Positions 8,521 to 17,065 of a DNA stretch of 48,894 bases are shown piece after piece. Position 1 is the first letter of the stretch. Each line of letters begins with the position of its first letter. The DNA is taken from positions 1 through 48,894 of the IMG/VR virus record IMGVR_UViG_3300046060_000025, one strand, 5' to 3'. Origin of the DNA: a virus. Lineage: Duplodnaviria; Caudoviricetes. The notes beneath the pieces are model-generated. The model worked only from the letters and a program-made list of their open reading frames with translations, was not told where the DNA came from and did not search any database. The position numbers and the translations under genes were made by a program.

Positions 8521-9420
8521 CTATCCGCCCTCCGGCGGTTGGACCTTCGGCTGTGAGAGGTTCGGATGGAACTCGTAGACGTACCGCGTCCTCGTCACAT
8601 TATCGTAGCCGGCGTTCATCGGCGTCGTCCTATCCTCCCCCCACTTCACGACCTCGTTCCCCACCCGGTCCAGATGCTCGTAGCCCAGGCAATGCCCGAT
8701 TTCGTGGAGTATTGTGGTGATGCCGGCCGTCGGGCCCGAGAAATCGCCGGTCCCCCCGACGTTCCGAATCGGGTCGCTCGGGTCGCGGCCCCACCCCTCG
8801 AAGAACCCCGGTTGCACCCAGCAGCCATAGCCGACGCCCGCGCCGTACACCGAGCCGTAGGCCTTCAGCGCGACGTTCGCATCCTTCGCCATCTCGTCGT
8901 TCGACCAGTACCAGGACCCGAACTCGTCGTAATCCATCCCCGCCGGAATCGGGTCGGAATGGACCACGACGTCGGCGTCGTATCCCTCGGACGTGAACGA
9001 GGCCAACAGCGCGTATTCTACGAACTTCCGCGCTTGATGGCACGCCCGCTCGACCCACGGCTCCTCCTCAGGCCAGTACAGGCGGATTTCGATGGTGTTT
9101 TTGGGGTCGTCCGGTGGGTCGGGCCACGGAGTCGCGTCGGACACCCCGATGAACGGCGGCCACGCTACGTTCGACGTCTCCTCGCTACTCCGGTTCACGT
9201 CCGCGTCCGGTTCTTCGTTCTCCGTGTCGGTATCGCGTGGGTCCTCGTCCGGCGTCTTAACGACCTGCGTGTCCGCGCCACCGCGCTCCTCGCCCGAGTC
9301 GTCTGTCGGGGGGTCAGGCCCGGCGTCGGTGTCGTTCTGTTGGCTGGCCTCCCGCTGGTCGGGTTCGGTGGTGGTGCGTGTGAGGAGCGAGCGGAGGACA
9401 CGGACGAGTCGTTGAATCAT
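8521..9420 (-). CDS. Metzincin-type zinc metalloprotease
   Basis: HEIGHCLGYEH (HExxHxxGxxH) with a downstream TPM Met-turn; long acidic N-terminal linker. Confidence 0.85.
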   Translation of the reverse strand: MIQRLVRVLRSLLTRTTTEPDQREASQQNDTDAGPDPPTDDSGEERGGADTQVVKTPDEDPRDTDTENEEPDADVNRSSEETSNVAWPPFIGVSDATPWPDPPDDPKNTIEIRLYWPEEEPWVERACHQARKFVEYALLASFTSEGYDADVVVHSDPIPAGMDYDEFGSWYWSNDEMAKDANVALKAYGSVYGAGVGYGCWVQPGFFEGWGRDPSDPIRNVGGTGDFSGPTAGITTILHEIGHCLGYEHLDRVGNEVVKWGEDRTTPMNAGYDNVTRTRYVYEFHPNLSQPKVQPPEGG

Positions 9421-9463
9421 CTATACGCCTGGTTTGCCCCCTGTCTCCTACTACCTTTCGCCG

Positions 9464-10246
9464 TTACTCCGTTCCGGTAAACCCGCCCGACCCGGACGCG
9501 ACGGCGGACCCTGCCCGGTACAGCGTCCAGTCAAACTCCCCAGCAACGAAGTCCACATTATCCCACTCCATTACATACCACACTCCGATATCCGCGACGT
9601 GTCCCGTATCTATACCCGCCGTAGACCCGCTATTCGTCTGTATAGCGACGGGGTCACCCGGAATCGCCTCTCGTTGTGGAACGACTTGAAAGACAGTGTC
9701 CCCGCTAGAGTCTCCAAACCCCGCGAACGTGTCACCGACAGCTTCCTGTTCTATATAAAACGCTACGCGATAGGGGCCGGCGGAAACTGTCGCACTTATT
9801 GGTTCGCCCTCCGCGTCGAGGTCCCGGTACCACGTCGTCGAGGTCCCCGTAAACTGTACCTCCATGCGGGCGGACTCCGACCCCTCGTTCGCGTGTTTAG
9901 AAGATTGGGAGATAGTAGTATCCGTCGCGGTTGTTACCTTGTTCCACGAGGAAAACGGGGTTGTCCGCTCGAAACTCTCATCTACCTTTACGTCGCCGTC
10001 CTCCAGTATCTCGTAGTCGTCATAATGGATTAGTTTCTCGCCACCCCCCGCATCAGCGTCATGTCTGAGGTTTAGCGTCTCTATCGGATAGAGATTCGAC
10101 CCGATACCGGTCCCCGACTCGAATACGTAGGAGGACTTACCGTCGTTCGGAACAGGGTCCCCAGAGTGAAACACATAGTCCGTCTCCCCATGTTGCCCGA
10201 CGTCTAACGGGTCGCCCGACAGAAACACGTAGTCACTCTCAGCCAT
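9464..10246 (-). CDS. Putative tail tip/adhesin protein
   Basis: Beta-rich; three N-terminal YVFxSG repeats; follows the LamG protein; lower GC. Confidence 0.65.
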   Translation of the reverse strand: MAESDYVFLSGDPLDVGQHGETDYVFHSGDPVPNDGKSSYVFESGTGIGSNLYPIETLNLRHDADAGGGEKLIHYDDYEILEDGDVKVDESFERTTPFSSWNKVTTATDTTISQSSKHANEGSESARMEVQFTGTSTTWYRDLDAEGEPISATVSAGPYRVAFYIEQEAVGDTFAGFGDSSGDTVFQVVPQREAIPGDPVAIQTNSGSTAGIDTGHVADIGVWYVMEWDNVDFVAGEFDWTLYRAGSAVASGSGGFTGTE

Positions 10247-10248
10247 AG

Positions 10249-11346
10249 TTACGTCGATAACGTGATGGCGTTCACGGTCGGCGCCGTGGTCGTATCCGTC
10301 GTCGAGAGTTTCGGTTTCACTCGAAAGTCCGTGTGGCTATTACTCCAGGTGAGGGAGTAGGAGGCGGACCCGCCGAGTGATTGGGAAACGGTTTCCTCGC
10401 TGGCGGTCGCCGGGGACCCAATCACGTCCAGGGTAATAGACTGGCCGTTGAGCGAGTAGACTAAGTCCTGTAGGTCCGGCTTCACGGCAGTTGAGAAGGA
10501 CTTACTGGCAGTGGTCAGGTTCCCGCCCGAGCCGGTATCATACAGCGCCTGAACCTCGCTCGATGACAGCACTCGGTCGTAGAACCGGAGTTGAGCGATT
10601 TCTCCAGGGAAGCTCCCGTCCGAACGTTGGCCGTATTTCCCGACGTCGAAGTCGGCAGTCACTGTGTTGTCGAGTGCGTCACCGTCGGAGTCGGTGTTTT
10701 GGGCGGGTGTCCCGTTTACGAATATTTGTTGCCCGTTCGAGGTACTGCTGGTAACCGCGACGTGTATCCAACTGTTAGTCCAGGCCGTATCCCAGCCGGT
10801 CGTAAGCCGACCCCCGCCGTTGAGGTCGCCCCAGTCCCAAAACAGGGTGTCGTAGCTGTCCCAGGGTGCGTGAACGTTGATTCGGTTCCCCGAGCCGGAT
10901 TTCCAGAACACTACCGACCGATGGTTGGTGTCGTTTCCATCCACCTGCTGCCACCAGGAGAAGGTGATTCCGTCCGTGGGGAGCCATGAACCGGTGCTGG
11001 ATATTCGGGCGTAGTCGTCCGCCCCGTCCCAGGTTGCGGCCGGCTGGCCGAACGGGCCAGTGGTGTTATTGAGCGCGACTCCAGAGACCGAGAGGTCGTG
11101 CGCGTTGGCCTGTTCTACGAAGGTAGTCCCGCTGGTCTCTGTGAGCGGCCAGAAGGCCAGGAGGCTGGTCCCGCCCCGGTCGACGCTCGGGTACCCAAGC
11201 TCGATACGGTTTGCCTGCCGGCCGAGGTAGCCTTCGTGAACAACCCCGGCGTCACTGACCGCGTTATCCCAGTCCGTGGCCGTCTCCCACGTAATTGTTT
11301 GCGAGAACAACACATTGGCGATATCCCCGAGCGACTCTATCCCCAT
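10249..11346 (-). CDS. LamG/concanavalin-like lectin domain virion protein (putative receptor binding)
   Basis: LLAFWPL.E..G...ITFSWW...WIHVAVT...IFVNG...FPGEIAQLRFYDRVLSSSEVQALY. Confidence 0.85.
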   Translation of the reverse strand: MGIESLGDIANVLFSQTITWETATDWDNAVSDAGVVHEGYLGRQANRIELGYPSVDRGGTSLLAFWPLTETSGTTFVEQANAHDLSVSGVALNNTTGPFGQPAATWDGADDYARISSTGSWLPTDGITFSWWQQVDGNDTNHRSVVFWKSGSGNRINVHAPWDSYDTLFWDWGDLNGGGRLTTGWDTAWTNSWIHVAVTSSTSNGQQIFVNGTPAQNTDSDGDALDNTVTADFDVGKYGQRSDGSFPGEIAQLRFYDRVLSSSEVQALYDTGSGGNLTTASKSFSTAVKPDLQDLVYSLNGQSITLDVIGSPATASEETVSQSLGGSASYSLTWSNSHTDFRVKPKLSTTDTTTAPTVNAITLST

Positions 11347-12854
11347 CAGATGACCTCTCCGATGCCGCCGGCGGCAATGTCCTGCGACGACCCGGACCCG
11401 GCGTTGAAGTTGCCGTTGTCTACACCGATGGCGACCGTTTGGGCGGCTCCGGTGGTGTTCGCGTACGAGCCGAGCGGCTCCCCCGTCTCGTCGTCGTACA
11501 CCGTGGAGCCGTCACCCGAGATGAGCGTGGTTTGGCTCGTCCCGGTCCCGTCGCCTGCTAAGGTAGCGATGGTGAGGTCGCAGCCAGAGGGTGCGGGCTG
11601 GCCGTCCGCGAGTGTGAGGTACGCCTGCGTGACCTCAATCGTCCCGCCGTCCAGCACCTCGGTTAGGTAAACGGTCCCGAAGTTCCCCGCAGCCACACTC
11701 CCGCTGTCGTCCGCCACGATGGTTTCGTTCGTGACGCCGGACCCGGACCCGCCGCCGCCCGAGGTGTACCATTGACCGCTGCCGGCGTCCCCGACGACGA
11801 CGGTGGCGCCATAGTCCGAACCGACCGTCGTGGTGGCCCCACCGTCGATTCCCTCCCCGCCCTCGGTATCGACGGTGATGGCGTTCGAGGCGGCAGCGCC
11901 CCCGATATCCACGACGGTGACGACGTTCCCGGTCGCTAAATCGGCGCTGGCGAGCGTGATGGTCACGGCCCCGCCGGTGGTGTCTACGAGGAGGACTTCT
12001 TCGCCGCTCGTGGTCGTGTTCGTAGAGACGGACGCAGTTGCTCGTTCGTCGTCGAGTTTCCCACGAGCGATGGTAGTGGTGCCGGAGATATCGGCGTCGA
12101 GGATGGTGCCGTCCGTTATCTCGCTGCTCGTAATCGTATCGACCGAGATGGTGGCGCTCCCCCCGAGGCCGATGGCCGCGTTCGTGGTCGTGAGGCCGGT
12201 GCCGGCGTTCGCGGTGATGGTATCGTTTGCGAGGTCGCCGTTTTGGAACGGGTAGCCGTTGACGTTCGCGATGCTCGCCGGAGCGTAGGGGCTGGCGAGG
12301 TCGCCGATAGCGAGCGGGTACGCGCTGATTTGGGCGGCCTCCTGGAGGTCGTCCAGCGCGGCGTCGACGTTCGAGACGCCGTAGGTCCCCGTGCTGTCAT
12401 CGTAGTGGACTTCCTCGGCCTCGTTACTGAATTGGGCGCGCCAGTTGAGGACGTCGCTATCGGGGACGTCGGTGGCGTTCTGCGGGACGTAGACGAACGC
12501 GAGCGGCTCCTGGTCGCCGGTCACGTCCGGCGGCTCGGGGTCGGCCTGGGCGGTGCCCTCGGTGACGCCGGAGGCGGCGGTGCCGGTGTCGAACCAGACG
12601 GTGTCCCAGCGGTCGTGGCTCCCGTCGCCGGCCGTGAGGGTGTGGGTGTCGGCGGTGCCGAGGGTGTATTCGGAGTCGCTGGCGAAGTAGGTCCCGGCGG
12701 CGACCTGTATCTCCATCGCGTTCTGGGTGGCGGTAACCTCGAAGTCGCCGGTGGCGACGATGCCGTTGCCGGCGAGGGACTCCGTTACTGACCGCCACAT
12801 GGTTTCGAACAGCGGCTGGCCCTGGGGCCATTCGTAGGCGTCGGCGGTCGGCAT
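11346..12854 (-). CDS. Tail fibre protein
   Basis: 502 aa, T/G/D/A-rich; N-terminal MEIQVAAG...RWDTV...PLAFVYVP; LVDTTGGAVTITL...VVDIGG..SNAITV fibre segment. Confidence 0.8.
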   Translation of the reverse strand: MPTADAYEWPQGQPLFETMWRSVTESLAGNGIVATGDFEVTATQNAMEIQVAAGTYFASDSEYTLGTADTHTLTAGDGSHDRWDTVWFDTGTAASGVTEGTAQADPEPPDVTGDQEPLAFVYVPQNATDVPDSDVLNWRAQFSNEAEEVHYDDSTGTYGVSNVDAALDDLQEAAQISAYPLAIGDLASPYAPASIANVNGYPFQNGDLANDTITANAGTGLTTTNAAIGLGGSATISVDTITSSEITDGTILDADISGTTTIARGKLDDERATASVSTNTTTSGEEVLLVDTTGGAVTITLASADLATGNVVTVVDIGGAAASNAITVDTEGGEGIDGGATTTVGSDYGATVVVGDAGSGQWYTSGGGGSGSGVTNETIVADDSGSVAAGNFGTVYLTEVLDGGTIEVTQAYLTLADGQPAPSGCDLTIATLAGDGTGTSQTTLISGDGSTVYDDETGEPLGSYANTTGAAQTVAIGVDNGNFNAGSGSSQDIAAGGIGEVI

Positions 12855-13083
12855 TCGCCGGACGGACGAGGCGGAGCGCCTTAGTCATGCCGCCGTGCGG
12901 AGTGCGCGCCGTATAGACGAGTCGGAGCAGGCCGGAGCCGGTCGTTCACAACGCGGTAGTTGGGTGCTGGCCGGGTGGGTAGCCGGTCTGCCCGTGTATC
13001 CGGCCGGCCGCTGAAATCCCGATAGTGGTCGGAGCGGGGCGGAGGTGACTCAGAACATCTGAATAGGCAGTAGTTTTCATCAG

Positions 13084-13136
13084 GGAAACCTTTATACTCA
13101 TCGGGTGCGTCTACCCGGACGTAGCAGGGAACCACG
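13084..13136 (+). promoter_or_regulatory. Conserved viral promoter/leader, copy 5
   Basis: GGAAACCTTTATA-N24-GTAGCAGGGAACCACG-ATG(13137). Confidence 0.85.
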
Positions 13137-13721
13137 ATGGCCGGACTGAACCACACCACGACGCACGCACAGACTAAAACCGAGGCGGACGACGGGCGCC
13201 GGGACGCCTTCACGACGTGCCTTAACTGCTCTACGGAGACGACCGAGACGTTCTGTGAGCGTTGCGCCCCGGAAACGGACAGGGATGGGGCGGACGGTCA
13301 GCCCGCAGACGAGCAGGCGGCGGATACGTACACGGTAGAGGTCTATCAGCCCCGGGACCTCAGCCAGTACCTTACGGCGGGCGGGACGGAACCGAAGCCC
13401 GGCTTTAGGACCATCTGCCACGACCTCCGCGACCTGGCGGCACTCGGCGGCTTCTTTATCGACGAGAAGGACCTGGACCACAGCGACTTCACGCGCCTCT
13501 ACTCCCTGGCGGGCGGCGACACGATAGCGGCCGCGGACGAGGAGGCGGCGCTCCAGAAGACGTTCGAGCAGTGGAATAACGGCTCCGGGCGGGAGTCCGC
13601 GGCGTTCCGGCAGGCGAACCAGGAACACCGCGCCGCCTCCGTCTCCGCCGGGGACATCATCCGGGTAGACGGCACGACGTACTTCTACGCCACGTTCGGG
13701 TGGACGGAGGTCACCCTATGA
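13137..13721 (+). CDS. YodL-like domain protein with an N-terminal Zn ribbon
   Basis: CLNC..FCERC; C-terminal LQKTFEQWNN...ASVSAGDIIRVDGTTYF...FGW matches the YodL-type S-x-S-x-x-D motif. Confidence 0.7.
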   Translation: MAGLNHTTTHAQTKTEADDGRRDAFTTCLNCSTETTETFCERCAPETDRDGADGQPADEQAADTYTVEVYQPRDLSQYLTAGGTEPKPGFRTICHDLRDLAALGGFFIDEKDLDHSDFTRLYSLAGGDTIAAADEEAALQKTFEQWNNGSGRESAAFRQANQEHRAASVSAGDIIRVDGTTYFYATFGWTEVTL

Positions 13722-14002
13722 CGGACCTCCGCGGCGCCGAGGGCCACATCATCGAGGCGGACTGCCGTATCTTTCACCGCTCCGGCCTCGACGGGACCTG
13801 TCACGTCGAGGAGGGCGTTCAGTTCATCCTCGACGAGTGCCCGCCGGAGCGCCTTCACCGGGACGAGGTGGTCCTCCTCCTGACGCAGGCGGAACGGGAG
13901 CGGCTCGCGGACACTCACGCACACCGCCTCGACGGGCTTACCGTTCCGGCGGATGGCCCGACCGCGCACCGGCAGATAGTCGACCTGGAGGTCCACCGAT
14001 GA
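13718..14002 (+). CDS. Hypothetical protein
   Basis: ATGA overlaps on both sides. Confidence 0.7.
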   Translation: MTDLRGAEGHIIEADCRIFHRSGLDGTCHVEEGVQFILDECPPERLHRDEVVLLLTQAERERLADTHAHRLDGLTVPADGPTAHRQIVDLEVHR

Positions 14003-14541
14003 CGCGGATGTGGATGCTCCACCCCCGCGTCCTCTGCCGTGACCACCTCCTCGGCGAGCATACGGAGCTGCATCAGGTCGCGGGGACGCTATCGAATCAC
14101 GAGCATGGCGAGGCCATCGTCCGGGGGCACGCCGAGCGGGGGCAGGTCGAGACGGCCCGCCTCTCGGAGCGCCATGAGGCGCTAGCGGCGGAGCTGGAGC
14201 GGCGGGGCTACACGCACGACAGCCCGCTCGCCTACGAGGACGAGGTGGACGTGGGCACGGTGGACCCGGCGGAGAGCATCGCCGACCTCCGGGACCGGTG
14301 CGCCGACTGCGCCGCGCGGATAACGGCGGCTCAACAACTGCGTGGTGACGCGCCGCACGGTCTGGAGGGTGAGACGGACGAGTGGGACCCGGAACCGGCG
14401 CAGCTACGTGGGGGGGAGACGGCGGACCGGAGCAGTCACGCGCAGCGTAATTTGGAGCAGATACGGGAGGGCGTCGAGGACGGGACGCTGGACGAGGACG
14501 CCTACGAGCAGGCGAAACGGAGGGCCGACGGCGGTGGCTGA
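13999..14541 (+). CDS. Pyrimidine dimer DNA glycosylase / T4 endonuclease V-like protein
   Basis: ATG 13999: MTRMWMLHPRVLCRDHLLGEHTELH...RHEALAAELERRGYTH (compare T4 DenV MTRIN...QHLMAEYREL). Confidence 0.75.
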   Translation: MTRMWMLHPRVLCRDHLLGEHTELHQVAGTLSNHEHGEAIVRGHAERGQVETARLSERHEALAAELERRGYTHDSPLAYEDEVDVGTVDPAESIADLRDRCADCAARITAAQQLRGDAPHGLEGETDEWDPEPAQLRGGETADRSSHAQRNLEQIREGVEDGTLDEDAYEQAKRRADGGG

Positions 14542-14869
14542 GGTCGGCTTCACGCCCAGCGACCTCCCGGCCGATACCGCGACGGTTGTGCGGATGGGCG
14601 ACTCGGAGCCGCGGGCCGTCGGCGTCGTCCTCGGCCCCCGGGAGCTAGAGAGCCTGCGCGGCCGGACCGAAATCGGGTGGGAGCAGGACGGCCGACACAC
14701 CACCGTTCGGAAGCTGAACAACCGCGGTATCCTGGTCTCCACGCCGCAGGCCACGACCATCGAGGTCCACCTGGACGCCGCCTCGCTCGCCGCGCTCCGG
14801 GAGCAGGGCGCCGTCTCCTGGCAGGCCGGTGAGGGGCCGTCTGTGACGGTCGTTGGGCGGGATGGGTAA
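14534..14869 (+). CDS. Hypothetical protein
   Basis: GTG 14534 overlaps the previous stop; internally duplicated (L..LR...V.WQ twice). Confidence 0.6.
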   Translation: MAEVGFTPSDLPADTATVVRMGDSEPRAVGVVLGPRELESLRGRTEIGWEQDGRHTTVRKLNNRGILVSTPQATTIEVHLDAASLAALREQGAVSWQAGEGPSVTVVGRDG

Positions 14870-15009
14870 CGCCACGGGCGGGTAAACCGAGCGGCATAGC
14901 GGGCGTTCTCCGCCCGTAGCGCGGACGCCTGCGTAGGCGGGCGGCCGCCGTTCCGGCTCCCGGCCGGCGGACCCGAACGTACTCCCGTGTGAGACCCGTA
15001 CCCGTAGCA

Positions 15010-15216
15010 ATGGGTAGTCTCCTCGCTCGCTCCCTCATGGGCGGCCTCATCGTCGGTCTCATCGCCGTTGCCCTCGCTCCATTGATAGTCACCTGGCCGC
15101 CGACCATCGTGACCGTCCTGTTCTCGGCGGCGTTACTCGTCGCCGCCGTCCTAATGGCGGCCTACTCGATTCTCGCCTGGAACGTCACCATGTCCGTCGA
15201 TTCGGAACGGTTCTGA
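15010..15216 (+). CDS. Small two-TM membrane protein
   Basis: Two hydrophobic segments in 68 aa. Confidence 0.65.
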   Translation: MGSLLARSLMGGLIVGLIAVALAPLIVTWPPTIVTVLFSAALLVAAVLMAAYSILAWNVTMSVDSERF

Positions 15217-15289
15217 CCCTCGACTGGACCGGCTCACGTGGACGTTACCCCCGGAGGTACCGTCGGGGAAACCGGGTCGCACGCGACCG

Positions 15290-16282
15290 CTACGTTATCT
15301 TGAACCCGATTGAGGTCGTGAACCGGACCGTGTCGTCCTTCTCGAACGGGTCCATGGTAGTCCGCCAGACGAGCCGCCCGTCGTTGTCGAACACGCCGAC
15401 CTCCGTGTAGTCGTATGGCTGGCCGGACGGCTCGGTCTCGAACTGCGGCGCGGTGACGGTGACGACCTCCAGCGCGGTCCGCCGCTCACACGTCGTCCGG
15501 TAGACCTCGGTATCGAGCGCCGTATCGGTCTTCATCGGGTCGGTCGTCCCCGTTCCCCAAGCGATTTCGTCCAGCCCGACCGTGACGGACGGGAGCTGGA
15601 GTGACGTGGCGACGGCCGTCTCCCCCCCTTCCGTCACGACGCTGGCGCCGTTGCCGCCGCCGTCAATGGTGGCCGTCAGGTCCACGCGGACCTCCTCGGA
15701 CGGCCCGACCGGGACGGCGGCCGTCGTGACCCGGCCCATCAGCCGGCCGGTCGTGTCGAACAGGCCGACCTCCACCGGGTCCAGGCCACTCTCGCCGTGA
15801 CCCGCGAACAGGAAGTTGCTCCGGAAGCGAACGGCGTTGTGCGCCTCCGTCGACCGGACGCCGTAGGCGGGCGCGCGGCCCGTCTCCGCGCCGAGCGCCG
15901 TGTCGTCGGGCGAGGCGCCGGTACTGTCCGTCCCGACCGCTATCGCGTCCCCGGCGCCCGGCTCCCCGGCGAGGCTGTCCCGGACGGCGTTCCGGCCGTC
16001 CCGCGTCCAGTCCGCGGAGGCTTCCGCGTCCGTCTGGAGCGTCCAGTCGCCGCGCACGTCGCCCGCCACACCCCGGCCGGAGCCGTGGGTCGCGTCGGGG
16101 TGGCCGGAGATGAGCGAGTCGTCGAGCGGCCGGGTGTAGACCGCGACTTCGACGTCGACCCGGACCTCGTTACGCCCGAACGTGAGGTTCTCGTCCCGCC
16201 GGTCCGGCACGAACACGAACCGGCCGTCGATACGCTCGACGTCCCGGCGGTTTGCGGCGACCTGGTCCTGGATTCGGGGCAT
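15290..16282 (-). CDS. Tail tip/baseplate protein
   Basis: Two copies of the IAxG(T)...DTAL..E..R...EVG(L/V)FD..GRL module typical of tail-fibre/baseplate N-termini. Confidence 0.75.
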   Translation of the reverse strand: MPRIQDQVAANRRDVERIDGRFVFVPDRRDENLTFGRNEVRVDVEVAVYTRPLDDSLISGHPDATHGSGRGVAGDVRGDWTLQTDAEASADWTRDGRNAVRDSLAGEPGAGDAIAVGTDSTGASPDDTALGAETGRAPAYGVRSTEAHNAVRFRSNFLFAGHGESGLDPVEVGLFDTTGRLMGRVTTAAVPVGPSEEVRVDLTATIDGGGNGASVVTEGGETAVATSLQLPSVTVGLDEIAWGTGTTDPMKTDTALDTEVYRTTCERRTALEVVTVTAPQFETEPSGQPYDYTEVGVFDNDGRLVWRTTMDPFEKDDTVRFTTSIGFKIT

Positions 16283-16285
16283 GGA

Positions 16286-17065
16286 TTACTGGAGGTTCGA
16301 CGACTTCCAGCACGCCGTCGCCGTGCCGGTATCCCCGATGGCGTAGTCGTAGCACACGTACTTTTGCTTCGTGACCGTGAACGAGACCGTCCGGGTTCCG
16401 TTCGCGCTCAACGTGATAGTGCTAGCGCTGAGTACCGAGCCGTCCTCGAGTAACGGCACCTCGGCCTCTACCTGGAACCCGTTCGGGTTCGTGACGTCCG
16501 CCGAGAACGTGATAGACTCGCCGACGTTCACCACGTTATCCGCGTCATCGGTCGATAGGTTCGCATACGTTACCGGGTCCTGGGAGCCGCGAACCGGGTC
16601 CTGACTACTGAACTCGATACGGGACCCGAACACCTCAGTCGTCCCGGCCGGGACGTCCACGCCCGAGTAGGAGACGCCGGCGGATTCGTGAATCCGAATC
16701 CCCGCCGCCGGCTGCCCGCTTTCCGTCTCGCTGTCCGCCGAGAACGTGCTGGCGCTGTCGAACTGCGACTGTAACTCCGCGTACGAGTCGTACCCCCCGA
16801 CGCTACTCTGCACGTCGTTGTAATCACTGAACTCGTTCTGTAGCCGGGCGATGAAGGCGTCGGCGTCGTCGCTACTCCACCCGTGGGTGTTCACTAGCTC
16901 CGATTTCAACGCCGAATAGGAGTCCGTCTGGTTCCGCACGAGGTCCTGAAACGCCGCCCAGTCCCCGACCGTCTCCTGGAGCTGGCTCGTGTCCGCGGCC
17001 AGGTCGTTGACCTTCGCCGCGTTCGTCTTAATCCCGAGCCAGACCAGCTTCTCCTCGGCCTCCAT
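16286..17065 (-). CDS. Virion protein with a C-terminal Ig/CARDB-like domain
   Basis: VNVGESITFSADVTNP...VPLLEDG...ITLSANGTRTVSFTVT. Confidence 0.7.
   Translation of the reverse strand: MEAEEKLVWLGIKTNAAKVNDLAADTSQLQETVGDWAAFQDLVRNQTDSYSALKSELVNTHGWSSDDADAFIARLQNEFSDYNDVQSSVGGYDSYAELQSQFDSASTFSADSETESGQPAAGIRIHESAGVSYSGVDVPAGTTEVFGSRIEFSSQDPVRGSQDPVTYANLSTDDADNVVNVGESITFSADVTNPNGFQVEAEVPLLEDGSVLSASTITLSANGTRTVSFTVTKQKYVCYDYAIGDTGTATACWKSSNLQ

Noticed and set aside
14967-15012. Sixth promoter copy (GTAGCAATG before 15010)
   Set aside because: No GGAAACC/TATA element 24 nt upstream.
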